Shown one piece after another: positions 1 through 12,060 of a DNA stretch of 58,857 bases. Source of the DNA: Deltaproteobacteria bacterium (GTDB lineage Bacteria > Desulfobacterota > Dissulfuribacteria > Dissulfuribacterales > UBA3076); the NCBI GenBank assembly GCA_027004715.1, contig JALTHG010000065.1, positions 1-58,857 of the forward strand. The letters are read 5' to 3'. Both the position numbers and the translations under genes were made by a program. The notes under the pieces are model-generated. The model saw only the letters and a program-made list of their open reading frames with translations, made no database searches and was not told the DNA's origin. Each line of letters begins with the position of its first letter. Position 1 is the stretch's first letter.

Positions 1-598
1 CTGACCTGTTGAGGAGATATGACCAGATCACCTCCAGTAGGGTCTGGACCCCTTCACCTGTACGGGCAGATACAATCAATGGGCCCTTATCAATGAAGCC
101 AGGGAACCCCTGCTTAATGGCCCTTAGCTGTCTCTGTCTCTTGGGCTGGGAGACCTTGTCTGCCTTGTTCAAGACCAGGCAGAATGGCCTCTTTAGGGCA
201 TGTAGATACTCTAAAAGCCCCAGGTCCATCTGGTCTGGGACCCGCCTTATATCAAAGATACACACTACACCCCTTAATACTCCTCTGGTCTCAATATAGT
301 CTTCTACCAGCCTGTGCCACTTATTCTGTATGTGTCTTGGGGCCCTTGCAAACCCATAACCTGGAAGGTCTACAAAATAGACAGACCTGTTGACCAAAAA
401 GAAGTTGAGAGACTGGGTAAGCCCTGGCCTTGAACTCACCTTTACCAGATTCTGTCTGTACATAAGCTGGTTCAGGAGAGAGGACTTACCTACGTTTGAT
501 CTGCCTGCAAAGGCCACTTCTGGAAGACCTGCAGGGGGGAGTTGAGAGACATCGAATGCACTCTTTACAAAGACGGCGTCAGTGACCCTAAGACCCAT
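1..598 (-). CDS. engB: Ribosome-biogenesis GTPase EngB/YsxC/YihA (C-terminal end runs off the window start)
   Basis: Absent from the ORF track because there is no stop in the window. Manual minus-strand translation from ATG 598-596 gives [45 protein letters not shown]...FVDLPGYGFA...LVLNKADK...SARTGEGV, open down to position 2. G1 (GRSNVGKS), G3 (DLPGYG) and G4 (NKADK) motifs are present. The ATG overlaps the hisG TGA by 1 nt. Confidence 0.85.
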   Translation of the reverse strand, partial: MGLRVTDAVFVKSAFDVSQLPPAGLPEVAFAGRSNVGKSSLLNQLMYRQNLVKVSSRPGLTQSLNFFLVNRSVYFVDLPGYGFARAPRHIQNKWHRLVEDYIETRGVLRGVVCIFDIRRVPDQMDLGLLEYLHALKRPFCLVLNKADKVSQPKRQRQLRAIKQGFPGFIDKGPLIVSARTGEGVQTLLEVIWSYLLNRS

Positions 599-1470
599 CA
601 GAGGACCTTGTTGAGGGAGTATTCTATTATCCCCTGTGCACCTGCAGCCTTTAGCCGTGGGATCAGTTCTCTCACTCTGGCCTTGTCTATGACTGTCTCC
701 ACAGAGCACCACTCCTTGTCATAGAGAGGAGAGACTGTAGGGGCATTGAGGCTGGGGAGCAGACCTGCCACCTCCTCCAGTCTCTCTTGTGGGACATTCA
801 TCTTGATTACCACAAGGCGGTCTGCACGAAGTGCACCCTGAAGGAGCAGGGCTATCTGTTCGGCCTTTTCTCTCTTCCATGGGTCCTTCCACATGTCTCT
901 GTTTGCTATCAACTGGGGATTGGACTCCATGAGTTCCTCTATAATCACCAGACCATGGGCCTTTATAGTGGCACCTGTCTCTGTCACCTCTACAATAGCA
1001 TCGGCAAGGCCTGAGGCAACTTTCCCCTCAGTGGCCCCCCAAGAGAACTCGATTTCCACATCTATCCCACGCTCTGCAAAGTAGTGTCTGGAGAAATTGA
1101 CGAGTTCTGTGGCTATCTTCTTGCCCTTGAGGTCCTCTGGACGACGATAGGGAGAACCTGCAGGTACGGCAAGTACCCATCGTGTAGGACGTTTGCTTAT
1201 CTTGGAATATATCAGGTCTGCAATGACCACCACATCAGACCCATTCTCAAGGATCCAGTCATGGCCAGTAATACCAATATCTAATATCCCCTGCTCTACA
1301 TAGCGAGACATCTCCTGGGCCCTACAGATACTGCAGGAGATATCTGGATCATCTATATCAGGGAAATAGCTCCTTGGATGGACGTCTATACGCCAGCCTG
1401 ACTTTTTAAATAGCTCAATAGTAGACTGCTGTAGGCTTCCCTTAGGAATGCCGAGTTTGAGTTGTCTCAC
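598..1470 (-). CDS. hisG: ATP phosphoribosyltransferase, long form with C-terminal regulatory domain
   Basis: 290-aa ORF with N-terminus [13 protein letters not shown]..., DIGITGHDW and the typical HisG fold pattern. It overlaps hisI by 4 nt. Confidence 0.9.
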   Translation of the reverse strand: MRQLKLGIPKGSLQQSTIELFKKSGWRIDVHPRSYFPDIDDPDISCSICRAQEMSRYVEQGILDIGITGHDWILENGSDVVVIADLIYSKISKRPTRWVLAVPAGSPYRRPEDLKGKKIATELVNFSRHYFAERGIDVEIEFSWGATEGKVASGLADAIVEVTETGATIKAHGLVIIEELMESNPQLIANRDMWKDPWKREKAEQIALLLQGALRADRLVVIKMNVPQERLEEVAGLLPSLNAPTVSPLYDKEWCSVETVIDKARVRELIPRLKAAGAQGIIEYSLNKVL

Positions 1471-1853
1471 TTCCCATAGACCTCCCTGGGATCAAATACA
1501 GGGTCTGCTATCCGTACGAGGATACCACCCTGGACCTCTCGATAAAAGCAACTCCTATAGCCTTTATGACACGCTGCACCGCCCAACTGCTTCACTTTTA
1601 CCAATATGGTATCTAGGTCACAGTCTACATAGGCACTCTTTAATAACTGCACATGGCCTGAGCTCTCACCCTTGAGCCACAGTCTATTTCTGGAACGGCT
1701 CCAGTAATGGACCTTGCCTGTCTCCAGGGTCTTCTCCCAGGCCTGCCTGTTCATATAGGCCAGCATGAGGACCTGTCCAGTCTTATAGTCTTGGGCTATG
1801 GCTGGGAGCAGGCCTTTTCCCTTATCAAAGTTGAGGTCTTTTGCATCTATCAT
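1467..1853 (-). CDS. hisI: Phosphoribosyl-AMP cyclohydrolase (stand-alone HisI, no HisE fusion)
   Basis: 128-aa ORF with LLPAIAQD...MLAYMN..., [13 protein letters not shown] and [12 protein letters not shown] metal-binding motifs. Confidence 0.9.
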   Translation of the reverse strand: MIDAKDLNFDKGKGLLPAIAQDYKTGQVLMLAYMNRQAWEKTLETGKVHYWSRSRNRLWLKGESSGHVQLLKSAYVDCDLDTILVKVKQLGGAACHKGYRSCFYREVQGGILVRIADPVFDPREVYGK

Positions 1854-1867
1854 AAAAAGGATTTTTA

Positions 1868-2731
1868 ATGGCCAAGTGCAGATGTGTCAAGGTGAGATAT
1901 ATGACTAGGTCCAGGATAATATCCTTCCATCCAATGATCCAGGGGGACATCTTCTTTTGGGAAAGAGATGTCTTAGACGAGTCAGTGGTCCAGTACCTCA
2001 GGGAGGCCAGAGCAGTGATACTGGCACAGACAGTATCCAGAGAGCTCTATGCCCTGTGCCGTGGCCTGTGTCCCCATGTCTTCCCGAACTATGACCTCCG
2101 CTTTAGGTGGGGAGGAAAACTAGGAGATACCATGCTCTTTTGGAGCTATGGGGTCCCACACCCAAAGACCTGGGTCTTTCCCTGTGTAGAGACCATACTA
2201 GGAAATCACCCTATAATGATGACACATTTCAAACTTCCTCCATATCCATTTGTGATAAAGGGGAATAGAGGTGGAGAAGGGACCCAGACATGGCTGATAA
2301 AAGATGACCATGATCTGAAGGAGGCGATAGAGATCATCAAATGTGCCGAGATCCAGGGCAATTTTGGTTTTGTCCTACAGGAATTTATCCCAGGGCTCGA
2401 TAGAGACCTCAGGGTAGTGGTCATAGGAAGACATATAGACAGTTACTGGCGATACAACAGTGGTTTTCTCCACAATGTGGCACAGGGAGGAGAGATCAAT
2501 GCCCATATAGACCCTGAACTACAGGCCATAGGTAGATCTGCAGTAAGAGATCTGTGTAACCGTACTGGAATTAATCTGGCAGGTTTTGATCTCGTCTTCC
2601 TGGATGGATCAGATCTCCCCCTGTTTCTCGAAATCAATTACACGTTTGGCAGGAGCGGACTGGGGGGCTCTGATGCCTTTTACAGGCTCCTAAAAAGAGA
2701 GGTCAATGACTGGCTAAAGACCTGCCCTTGA
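1868..2731 (+). CDS. ATP-grasp family protein (RimK-like ligase), substrate unknown
   Basis: The C-terminal two thirds match the RimK-type ATP-grasp pattern ([15 protein letters not shown]..., [39 protein letters not shown]). The N-terminal about 110 aa is not recognisable. The start is uncertain (Met at 1868, 1901 or 1934). Confidence 0.6.
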   Translation: MAKCRCVKVRYMTRSRIISFHPMIQGDIFFWERDVLDESVVQYLREARAVILAQTVSRELYALCRGLCPHVFPNYDLRFRWGGKLGDTMLFWSYGVPHPKTWVFPCVETILGNHPIMMTHFKLPPYPFVIKGNRGGEGTQTWLIKDDHDLKEAIEIIKCAEIQGNFGFVLQEFIPGLDRDLRVVVIGRHIDSYWRYNSGFLHNVAQGGEINAHIDPELQAIGRSAVRDLCNRTGINLAGFDLVFLDGSDLPLFLEINYTFGRSGLGGSDAFYRLLKREVNDWLKTCP

Positions 2732-2743
2732 GGAAATGCCTGG

Positions 2744-4200
<1,457 letters not shown>

Positions 4201-5640
4201 TTAGGAGTGCTGAGTACCATGGGAAAGACCAGAGATCAGTCTCTCAATAAGGCCTCCAAAGTCGCCATTAGAAAGGGCGACTACCACATCACCTGTAGAG
4301 AGTCCTGCCAGGAGATCCCTGAGCATGGACTCGACATCTGGGAAATATGAGGCATCAGTACCCATGTCTCTGAGGTCTTTTACTAATCTTTTGGATGAGA
4401 ATCGGTCTCCTGGTGGGGCCTTCTCAGGGTCCACCACCTCACGGACCAGGACCCGATCGGCCGAGGCAAATGCATAGGGATAGACCTCTTGAAATACAGC
4501 CCTCCTGTTGGTGTTTGTCCTTGGCTCAAAGGCCGCTATGAGGCGTCGGTCTGGATAGACAGCCCTCAGTGCAGTCAGGGTCTCTCTGACTGCGCCCGGG
4601 TGGTGTGCAAAGTCATCTATTATCGTAATACCTGCTATCTCTCCTCTGAATTCCTGTCTCCTCTTTACACCCTGGCAGGCGGCCAGGCCCTTGAGACATG
4701 CATCTCTTTCCATTCCCATATCCATGGATAGGGCAAGGACGCCCAGGGTATTCAGGGCATTGTGTCTGCCTGGAAGCCTTATCTCTACTCTTCCCCATGC
4801 CTCTCCACGATATAAAGGGAAAAACTCAGTATGTCTCTGGCCTACAGAGAAGTGACCCAGTTGCCAGTCGCACCCACTTCCTATGCCATATGTCACTACC
4901 TTGCACCTGGCCTGGCTGCACACCTCTCTGACTGCTGGCCAGTCTGCGCAGGCCACCAGGATACCATCTGGGGGAATCAGAGAGACCAGCCTGAAAAAGG
5001 CCTGCTTTACTGCCTCCAGATCTGGATATATATCTGCATGGTCAAACTCGAGGCTGGTAAGTATGACCCCATAAGGCCTATAGTGTAAGAACTTTGGAGA
5101 CTTATCGAAAAAGGCGGTGTCATATTCATCTCCCTCCACAACAAACCAGGGCGAAGTCCCTATATGAAACCCCGATCCAAATGCCTTGGGCACACCCCCT
5201 ATCATAAATCCAGGGTCCTCTTTAAGGGCCTTAATTGCAGAGACCAGTAGGGTAGATGTGGTGGTCTTGCCATGTGTGCCAGCTACTACCAGAGACCTCC
5301 TGTCTTCCAAAAAGAAGAGAGACAGGGCCTCTGAAAAAGAGAGATATGGGATGCCCGTGGAGATCACGTGCCTGGCCTCTGGATTGTCTGCCCTGATCAC
5401 ATTCCCTATAATGACCAGGTCAGGGACAGGGGACAGATTTTCAGGACAATATCCTGGCCTTATAGAGATCCCCATATCCCTGAGGACATCACTCATGGGT
5501 GGATAGGCCTGGCTGTCAGAGCCTTCTATCTTATAGCCCTTTTCTCTGAGCAGACCGGCCAGGGCAGCCATCCCTGTGCCACATATGCCCAAGAGATATA
5601 TGGTAGAACCAGGAGATGGCCTGTAGATTTCTTGATTCAT
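4201..5640 (-). CDS. mpl: UDP-N-acetylmuramate:L-alanyl-gamma-D-glutamyl-meso-DAP ligase (murein peptide ligase)
   Basis: 479 aa. The N-terminus LLGICGTGMAALAGLLREKGYKIEGSD..AYPPMS is Mpl-like rather than MurC-like. Mur ligase P-loop GTHGKTTT is present. Confidence 0.8.
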   Translation of the reverse strand: MNQEIYRPSPGSTIYLLGICGTGMAALAGLLREKGYKIEGSDSQAYPPMSDVLRDMGISIRPGYCPENLSPVPDLVIIGNVIRADNPEARHVISTGIPYLSFSEALSLFFLEDRRSLVVAGTHGKTTTSTLLVSAIKALKEDPGFMIGGVPKAFGSGFHIGTSPWFVVEGDEYDTAFFDKSPKFLHYRPYGVILTSLEFDHADIYPDLEAVKQAFFRLVSLIPPDGILVACADWPAVREVCSQARCKVVTYGIGSGCDWQLGHFSVGQRHTEFFPLYRGEAWGRVEIRLPGRHNALNTLGVLALSMDMGMERDACLKGLAACQGVKRRQEFRGEIAGITIIDDFAHHPGAVRETLTALRAVYPDRRLIAAFEPRTNTNRRAVFQEVYPYAFASADRVLVREVVDPEKAPPGDRFSSKRLVKDLRDMGTDASYFPDVESMLRDLLAGLSTGDVVVALSNGDFGGLIERLISGLSHGTQHS

Positions 5641-5649
5641 TTTGCTGTT

Positions 5650-6315
5650 TCACTCTCTAAGGATATAATCAATAAGTTCTGCATGTGAAGTCAATATGGC
5701 ATCTGCCTCAGAGAGGTACTCTCTGGCAAGGGTGGTAGTGATGGCAACACATGGAATGGCTGCAGCCTTTGCAGCAGCAATGCCAGCAGGTGCATTCTCT
5801 ACTGCAAGGCACGACTCTGGCCCCTCTCTGAGGGCCGAGAGGGCAGCCAGGTATGGATCTGGGAACGGTTTTCTCCTTTTGACCTGATCTCCAGTAATGA
5901 TATAGGACATCCAGGCCTCTAGCTCACGGGGAAAGACGCTCTCTACGACCTCTCTATAGGAACTAGTGACCAGGACCAGCTTCTGTCCTGCATCGTATAG
6001 CCGTCTTAGGATACTGCTTACCCCTGGAAACGGTCTGACCATAGATCGATACTCTCTGACAAATATCTCTTCCTGACGCCTCAGTATTGCATAGAACTGC
6101 TGAGTGTCCACAGTGTACCCATTTTTCTGAAGGATCGCTGTAGCAGTCTCTGCCCCTATTGCACCCTCGTAGAGATAGAGGACCTTACTGGGCACTGAAA
6201 GCCCATACTCAGACAGGGCCTCCTGCCAGGCCCTTACATGATAATGCATGCTGTCGAGTATTACCCCATCCATGTCAAACAATATAGCTCTCTTCATGGT
6301 GTGTGTATGCCCCAC
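5650..6315 (-). CDS. HAD-superfamily hydrolase (beta-phosphoglucomutase-like subfamily IA)
   Basis: 221 aa with the DMDGVILDS nucleophile motif, VTSS and GDQVKRRKP motifs. Confidence 0.75.
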   Translation of the reverse strand: MGHTHTMKRAILFDMDGVILDSMHYHVRAWQEALSEYGLSVPSKVLYLYEGAIGAETATAILQKNGYTVDTQQFYAILRRQEEIFVREYRSMVRPFPGVSSILRRLYDAGQKLVLVTSSYREVVESVFPRELEAWMSYIITGDQVKRRKPFPDPYLAALSALREGPESCLAVENAPAGIAAAKAAAIPCVAITTTLAREYLSEADAILTSHAELIDYILRE

Positions 6316-7712
6316 TTCCTGCCACTCAATGCAGACTCTGCGGCCTTAATGGCCTCTTTTGCCAGGTTTCCTCCTGGAGAAGGTGGGACCTCTGTGCCCC
6401 ATATCGCCTCTACAAGCTCTCCAGGGTTGATCTCATCGGCCGGTGCTGCAGGCACAAACTGGTACTCTTTTCCATTGACCTGCCTCAACAGTTCCTTATT
6501 TAATAGGCTCTTTAGGACATCTGCTATATAGATATCTGGGTACCCAAGACGTCGGACAAGGTCCCTACGATCGCTGACCTGCCTGTTGTGGAAGTCAATA
6601 AGGGCCGTCTGCAGGATATCAAAGGCAAGTGCCAATCTACTGGCAGGGCTGGGTATCAGGCCCCTCCAGGGATAATGTCGCCATACCTGGACCGCAAAGG
6701 CCATCTCTGCCCCTGACAGAAATACTATCCAACCTGTATATATCCATATCAAGAGGAGCGGAAGCGTGGCAAAGGAACCATATATGGCATTATAGCGGGT
6801 TACACCTATCTGGAGCCTGAGATAGATAAACTGTATCAGGACCCAGCCTATCCCACCGAATAACCCCCCCACTGTGGCCGGAAGGACTCCAACCCTGGTG
6901 TTGGGGAGAAATCTGTAGAGTGTACTAAAGGTGACCACGATCAACAATATTGGCACCATATTGAGCATGAGAGGCCCTAACCAGGTCACAGGGAGGATGA
7001 CATGGAGTCGGCTCAAGAGGGTATGGCTCTGCAAGGTCGCCATGGTGGCCATGGCCAGGTTTATTGTCACAGGGAGTATGATCATAAAGGCCAGATAGTC
7101 CATGATTTTTCGGCCCAGAGGTCGGCCGCTACTGACTCCCCATATGGCATCCATGGCCTTCTCAATGCTTCCCAAGACCACAACTGCCGCCATTATCAGA
7201 CCTATGATCCCAAAGGCACCCAGAGTGGCAAAGTTGGTGCGATCGACGTAGTTAAAGATCTGGTCTATGGCCTTATGGAGATGGGTACTGATGCCCTCTT
7301 GGGCAGGCACATGGGCAGGTTGTTTCCCATAGCTCTCTCCAGACGGCTCCAACTGGTCTATAATACGATAGGCGGCCTGTCGCATCTGATCTCCGGCCCC
7401 AAGGCCCTTCAATACCGCTGTCCCCAGGGCCAGGGTGGGGACCATAGACAGAACTACTGTATAGGTCAGGGCACTGGCACGAAGGGTTATAGAGTCCCTT
7501 TTAAATTCCTGTAATACTATGAGATGGATCCGCAGGAGTACTCGGGTTGCCCTCTTCCATCTCTGTTCATCAGGGGCAGGGAATGCAGACCAGATCCAGG
7601 TCATAAATATACCCCATTTCTCTATAAATCTGCCTAAAGGCCCTATTGGTTTGGCCCCATAGCCTGTAATATGATCATTTTTATCCATGATAGATCCCCT
7701 CTCCTGGTCCAT
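6294..7712 (-). CDS. YihY/BrkB (virulence factor BrkB / RNase BN-like) family membrane protein with soluble C-terminal extension
   Basis: 472 aa. The multi-TM core has LTYTVVLSMVP, YRFLPN and YGSFATLPLLLIWIY patterns. The last about 110 aa are hydrophilic. It overlaps the downstream HAD gene by 22 nt. Confidence 0.7.
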   Translation of the reverse strand: MDQERGSIMDKNDHITGYGAKPIGPLGRFIEKWGIFMTWIWSAFPAPDEQRWKRATRVLLRIHLIVLQEFKRDSITLRASALTYTVVLSMVPTLALGTAVLKGLGAGDQMRQAAYRIIDQLEPSGESYGKQPAHVPAQEGISTHLHKAIDQIFNYVDRTNFATLGAFGIIGLIMAAVVVLGSIEKAMDAIWGVSSGRPLGRKIMDYLAFMIILPVTINLAMATMATLQSHTLLSRLHVILPVTWLGPLMLNMVPILLIVVTFSTLYRFLPNTRVGVLPATVGGLFGGIGWVLIQFIYLRLQIGVTRYNAIYGSFATLPLLLIWIYTGWIVFLSGAEMAFAVQVWRHYPWRGLIPSPASRLALAFDILQTALIDFHNRQVSDRRDLVRRLGYPDIYIADVLKSLLNKELLRQVNGKEYQFVPAAPADEINPGELVEAIWGTEVPPSPGGNLAKEAIKAAESALSGRKWGIHTP

Positions 7713-7872
7713 TACTGTAAGGTAAGAGAGCCACTAAATGGAGATAGAGTCTGGGAACAAAAAATTAATAATATTACTCCTGATTATATCCTAAAATATG
7801 ATCTGCTCAAAATTCTTGACCTATGTCCTGAAAAGTGGCATGTTAAATTAAACTGTTAGAGACTGGAGATGG

Positions 7873-7950
<78 letters not shown>

Positions 7951-7965
7951 TATCTATTCCTTAGA

Positions 7966-8739
7966 TTGAGTATCCTTGCATTCCTGAGCGATTTTGGCCT
8001 GAAAGACCCTTATGTAGGGATAGTCAAGGCCGTTCTACTAGGTATCAATCCCAGTCTCCATATTGTAGATATCACTCACCAGGTTGCGCCTCAAGACGTC
8101 ATGGGTGGGGCCTTTGTCCTGGGATCTGCCTTCAGAGAATTTCCAGAGGGGAGCATCTTTCTTGCTATAGTCGATCCCGGCGTTGGTTCCAAGAGGACAG
8201 GGCTTTTGGCAACGACTAAGGATTATACCTTTCTGGCCCCAGACAATGGTATCTTGACTATGGCATTTCGGCGTTCTGAGGATGTACGCTGTTATTCTAT
8301 AGAGAACAGCCGCTATTTCAGACACCCAGTAAGTAATACCTTTCATGGAAGGGATATCTTTGCCCCTGTAGCGGCCTACCTGAGTCTTGGGATAAGACCC
8401 AGCTCCTTTGGCCCAGTCTGTCCAGATCCTGTCTGGCTTACATGGCCTGAGCCAGCGGTCAAAGACAGGTGCATTGAGGGTGAGGTGATATATATAGATG
8501 GCTTTGGGAATCTGGTCCTCAATATACCTGCTGACCTCATCTCATGTCACCACCTCAACAGGGCCTACATAAAGGGCATAGAGATACCCCTGCTCCGCAC
8601 CTATTCAGACGTGGAGGCCGGCAGCCCCCTGGCCCTTATAGGCAGTTCTGGATTTATAGAGATTGCAGTAAATCAAGGAAGTGCCGCAGAGCTGTTAGTG
8701 GTGGACGTCGGAGAGCCCGCTGTTCTGAGCCAGACATAG
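7966..8739 (+). CDS. SAM hydrolase / SAM-dependent halogenase family protein (DUF62, SAM hydroxide adenosyltransferase-like)
   Basis: 257 aa with [18 protein letters not shown]..., DPGVGS, APDNG and HGRDIFAP motifs typical of DUF62. Confidence 0.8.
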   Translation: MSILAFLSDFGLKDPYVGIVKAVLLGINPSLHIVDITHQVAPQDVMGGAFVLGSAFREFPEGSIFLAIVDPGVGSKRTGLLATTKDYTFLAPDNGILTMAFRRSEDVRCYSIENSRYFRHPVSNTFHGRDIFAPVAAYLSLGIRPSSFGPVCPDPVWLTWPEPAVKDRCIEGEVIYIDGFGNLVLNIPADLISCHHLNRAYIKGIEIPLLRTYSDVEAGSPLALIGSSGFIEIAVNQGSAAELLVVDVGEPAVLSQT

Positions 8740-8740
8740 C

Positions 8741-10162
8741 CTATCTGTGTATAGGTAATTGTGTAGAGTGCAACACTGCTGCAAAAAATCCATCAGGGCC
8801 ATCAGGGCAGGGAAGGTGTACAAAAAATCCCTTTTTGCTTACTAATTTACTGGCAGGGCCTGGCAAGAGCTCATTGGCCCCTACGATCTCCCATCCAGGA
8901 TGGCTGGAGAGGAATCTTTCCACTACCTCTGTGGTCTCTTCAGGTTCCAGGCTGCAGGTTGCATAGACCATAGTGCCCCCAGGCCTGACCAGGGGGGCAA
9001 GCGTACTGAGGAGTGAGCCCTGCTTAGAGGCGAGCCCTGACAATGAGCTCTGATTAAGCCTCCACTTGATGTCAGGGTGCCGCCTTATGACCCCAAGGCC
9101 TGAACAGGGAGCATCTACCAGGATGTGGTGATACCTGCCCTTTAGCTTAGAAGGCCTTGCCTGCAGAGACTCATAAGGAATAATGCTGATGCACTTTATC
9201 CCCAGCCTCTTCTGATTCTCCTCCAGGAGTCTCAGACGGGCCCTATTTCTGTCTGTTGCCTCAACCACCCCCTGATCTCCGATCAGCTGTGCTATATGTG
9301 TCGTCTTTCCGCCAGGTCCTGCACAGGCATCGAGTATGAGTTCTTGAGGCCTGGGGGCCAGACAGTATGACACGAGCTGGGCGGCCTCGTCCTGCACCTG
9401 AAACCAACCCTGTCTGAAACCAGGGATCCTGGCAGGAGAACCCCTATAACCACGAATCATAATGGCCTCAGGGGCATATTGGCCTGGAGAGGCATCTATA
9501 CCGTGGCCTGCCAGGGACTTGAGTACCTCATCTCTCTCAATAACCAGGGTGTTTACCCTGATAGTCAGAGGGGCCTGTATGTTGTTAGCCCTGCATATGG
9601 TCTGGGCCCCTTTGAATCCATATCTCTCTATCCACATCCTGACCATCCAGCTGGGATGGGAGGTCTCTATTGCGAGTCTCTCAGCTACCTCGATGCCCCT
9701 GTCATCACAGCTTCTGGCAGCTTCTAAGCCAAGGGTATCTCGTCTCTCAGCAAGACGACGGAGGACCACATTTACCAGACCAGATGCCCAGGCATGACCA
9801 GCCAACTTTACTCCACGTACTGCCTCATTTACTGCGGCACTACACGGGACACGGTCAAGGAACAGGATCTGAAAGGCCCCTATCCTCAGGTGCACACGCA
9901 CCTGTCTGGAGAGCCTCTTTTTAGGAGATATCAGGTGGGAATCTATATGCCAGTCCAGGAGTCTCAGCCACCTGACCACTCCAAAGATGATCTCCTGGAT
10001 AAAGGCCCTGTCTCTCTCAGGACAATAGGCCCTGGCACTAAAAAAGTCTTCTGCCACTCGCGCCAGAGCCGGACGTCTGGTGGGAGAAAAGGCCTCCCAC
10101 TTGAGGAGGATTAGGGCAGCAAGTTGGCGGGCAGTGACAGGCCTTTGACTGGTCTCCTTCAT
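8741..10162 (-). CDS. rsmB: 16S rRNA (cytosine967-C5)-methyltransferase
   Basis: 473 aa with an N-terminal NusB-like region, SAM motif DACAGPGGKT, and catalytic Cys motifs DAPCSGLGVIRRHPDIKW and ATCSLEPEE. Confidence 0.85.
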   Translation of the reverse strand: MKETSQRPVTARQLAALILLKWEAFSPTRRPALARVAEDFFSARAYCPERDRAFIQEIIFGVVRWLRLLDWHIDSHLISPKKRLSRQVRVHLRIGAFQILFLDRVPCSAAVNEAVRGVKLAGHAWASGLVNVVLRRLAERRDTLGLEAARSCDDRGIEVAERLAIETSHPSWMVRMWIERYGFKGAQTICRANNIQAPLTIRVNTLVIERDEVLKSLAGHGIDASPGQYAPEAIMIRGYRGSPARIPGFRQGWFQVQDEAAQLVSYCLAPRPQELILDACAGPGGKTTHIAQLIGDQGVVEATDRNRARLRLLEENQKRLGIKCISIIPYESLQARPSKLKGRYHHILVDAPCSGLGVIRRHPDIKWRLNQSSLSGLASKQGSLLSTLAPLVRPGGTMVYATCSLEPEETTEVVERFLSSHPGWEIVGANELLPGPASKLVSKKGFFVHLPCPDGPDGFFAAVLHSTQLPIHR

Positions 10163-10173
10163 GTGCAGAAGAG

Positions 10174-12048
10174 CTAGTCCAGGCCCTTTTTCTTGAGATA
10201 GATCTGGATCGCTGTGATTGCAGCCGGTGTTATCCCTGAGATCCTTGAGGCCCTTCCCAGGGAATCAGGCCTCTGGGCAGCCAGTTTCTCCTTGACCTCA
10301 TTTGAGAGACCAGGGATGGCCCGATAGTCCAGGTCATAGGGGAGGCGGACAGACTCCCACTTTCGGAATTTGGCGACCTCTGCCTCCTGACGTGCTACAT
10401 AGCCTGAGTATTTGGTCTCTATCTCTAACTGAGAGGCCACCTCTGGAGACAGGGATTTTAGTTGAGTAAATCTCTCGGCTATGGCCTTGAAATCGACCTC
10501 TGGACGGCGCAGGATATCTTCAAGGCTGACCTGTTGTCTGATGGGCCTTGAGCCAATAGATTCAAGCCAGCTGTCTGTATCTGGACTGGGATGGAGCCTT
10601 ATCTGCCTGATCATCTCCATGGCATCGGAGATCTCCTGCCGCTTTCTCTCAAATATGGACCAATCTTCATCCCTTACAAGCCCAATATTCCTGCCAAGGG
10701 GCATGAGCCTGAGGTCTGCATTGTCTTCTCTCAAGAGCAGCCGATACTCTGCCCTTGAGGTAAACATCCTATAGGGCTCTTTTGTGCCCTTGGTCACCAG
10801 GTCGTCTATCAATACCCCTATATAGCCCTGAGACCGATCGATGACTATAGGGTCTTCCTTTCTTACCATCCTGGCAGCGTTTATGCCTGCCATAAGGCCC
10901 TGGGCCGCTGCCTCTTCGTAACCAGAGGTCCCATTGATCTGTCCTGCAAAGAAGAGCCCCTCAATGAGGTGTGTCTCTAGAGACGGCTTGAGCTGTATGG
11001 GATCTGCATAGTCATACTCTATGGCATATCCTGGACGGAGTATCTCTGCATTCTCAAGTCCCTTTATGCTCCTTACCATGGCCCACTGCACATCTATTGG
11101 CAGGCTTGTAGGTATACCATTGGGATAGATCTCAACTGTATCCAGGCCCTCAGGCTCCAGGAAGATCTGGTGCCTCTGGCGATCAGGAAAGCGAAAGACC
11201 TTGTCTTCAATGGACGGACAGTACCTGGCACCAACACCTTCAATAACTCCAGTAAAGAGCGGAGACCTGTCCAGCCCTCCCTTGATGATCTCGTGGGTCT
11301 TTTTGTTGGTATACGTAATGTAACAGGGCCTCTGTGGTAGGGTCAGACCCTTTGTGCTGTGAGAAAAGGGCCTTGGATTCCTATCTCCCTCTTGGACCTC
11401 AAGGCCATCAAAATTGATGGAGCGTATATGCAGGCGAGGAGTAGTCCCTGTCTTGAGCCTGCCGAGACGGAAGCCCAGGTCCATCAGGGACCTTGAGAGC
11501 CTGTTAGAAGGGGGATCACCCAGGCGCCCTGATGGAAAGCGATTGAGCCCTATGTGTATAAGCCCCCTCAGAAATGTCCCTGTGGTGACTACCACTGTAT
11601 CTCCATGTATCTCTTCTCCAATGGTGGTCTCAATTCCATATACACGCCTGTCTCTGGCCAGGATCCTTCCAACCATAGCCTGATACAGGTCCAGGCCCTC
11701 TTGATTTTCTAATACCTTCCTCATAGAGAGGCGATAGCGGAGCATGTCAGACTGGGCCCTGGAGGACCTCACGGCAGGCCCTTTTGATGTATTCAATTGT
11801 CTAAACTGTATGCCAGTGGCATCTGCGACCCTTGCCATCTCGCCCCCAAGGGCATCTATCTCTCTCACAAGGTGACCCTTTGCCAGGCCACCAATAGCTG
11901 GGTTGCAGCTCATGGCAGCTATGCAGTCCAGATTTATAGTGATGAGACAGCAGGAGACCCCAAGCCTTGCTGCTGCCAGGGCGGCCTCACACCCTGCATG
12001 ACCTGCACCTACTACTATTACTCCATAGTGTTTAGGGAATACAGACAT
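10174..12048 (-). CDS. mnmG: tRNA uridine 5-carboxymethylaminomethyl modification enzyme MnmG (GidA)
   Basis: 624 aa with FAD motif VVGAGHAGCEAALAAAR, SCNPAIGG, and full-length collinearity with GidA. Confidence 0.95.
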   Translation of the reverse strand: MSVFPKHYGVIVVGAGHAGCEAALAAARLGVSCCLITINLDCIAAMSCNPAIGGLAKGHLVREIDALGGEMARVADATGIQFRQLNTSKGPAVRSSRAQSDMLRYRLSMRKVLENQEGLDLYQAMVGRILARDRRVYGIETTIGEEIHGDTVVVTTGTFLRGLIHIGLNRFPSGRLGDPPSNRLSRSLMDLGFRLGRLKTGTTPRLHIRSINFDGLEVQEGDRNPRPFSHSTKGLTLPQRPCYITYTNKKTHEIIKGGLDRSPLFTGVIEGVGARYCPSIEDKVFRFPDRQRHQIFLEPEGLDTVEIYPNGIPTSLPIDVQWAMVRSIKGLENAEILRPGYAIEYDYADPIQLKPSLETHLIEGLFFAGQINGTSGYEEAAAQGLMAGINAARMVRKEDPIVIDRSQGYIGVLIDDLVTKGTKEPYRMFTSRAEYRLLLREDNADLRLMPLGRNIGLVRDEDWSIFERKRQEISDAMEMIRQIRLHPSPDTDSWLESIGSRPIRQQVSLEDILRRPEVDFKAIAERFTQLKSLSPEVASQLEIETKYSGYVARQEAEVAKFRKWESVRLPYDLDYRAIPGLSNEVKEKLAAQRPDSLGRASRISGITPAAITAIQIYLKKKGLD

Positions 12049-12060
12049 ATAGATACTGGA

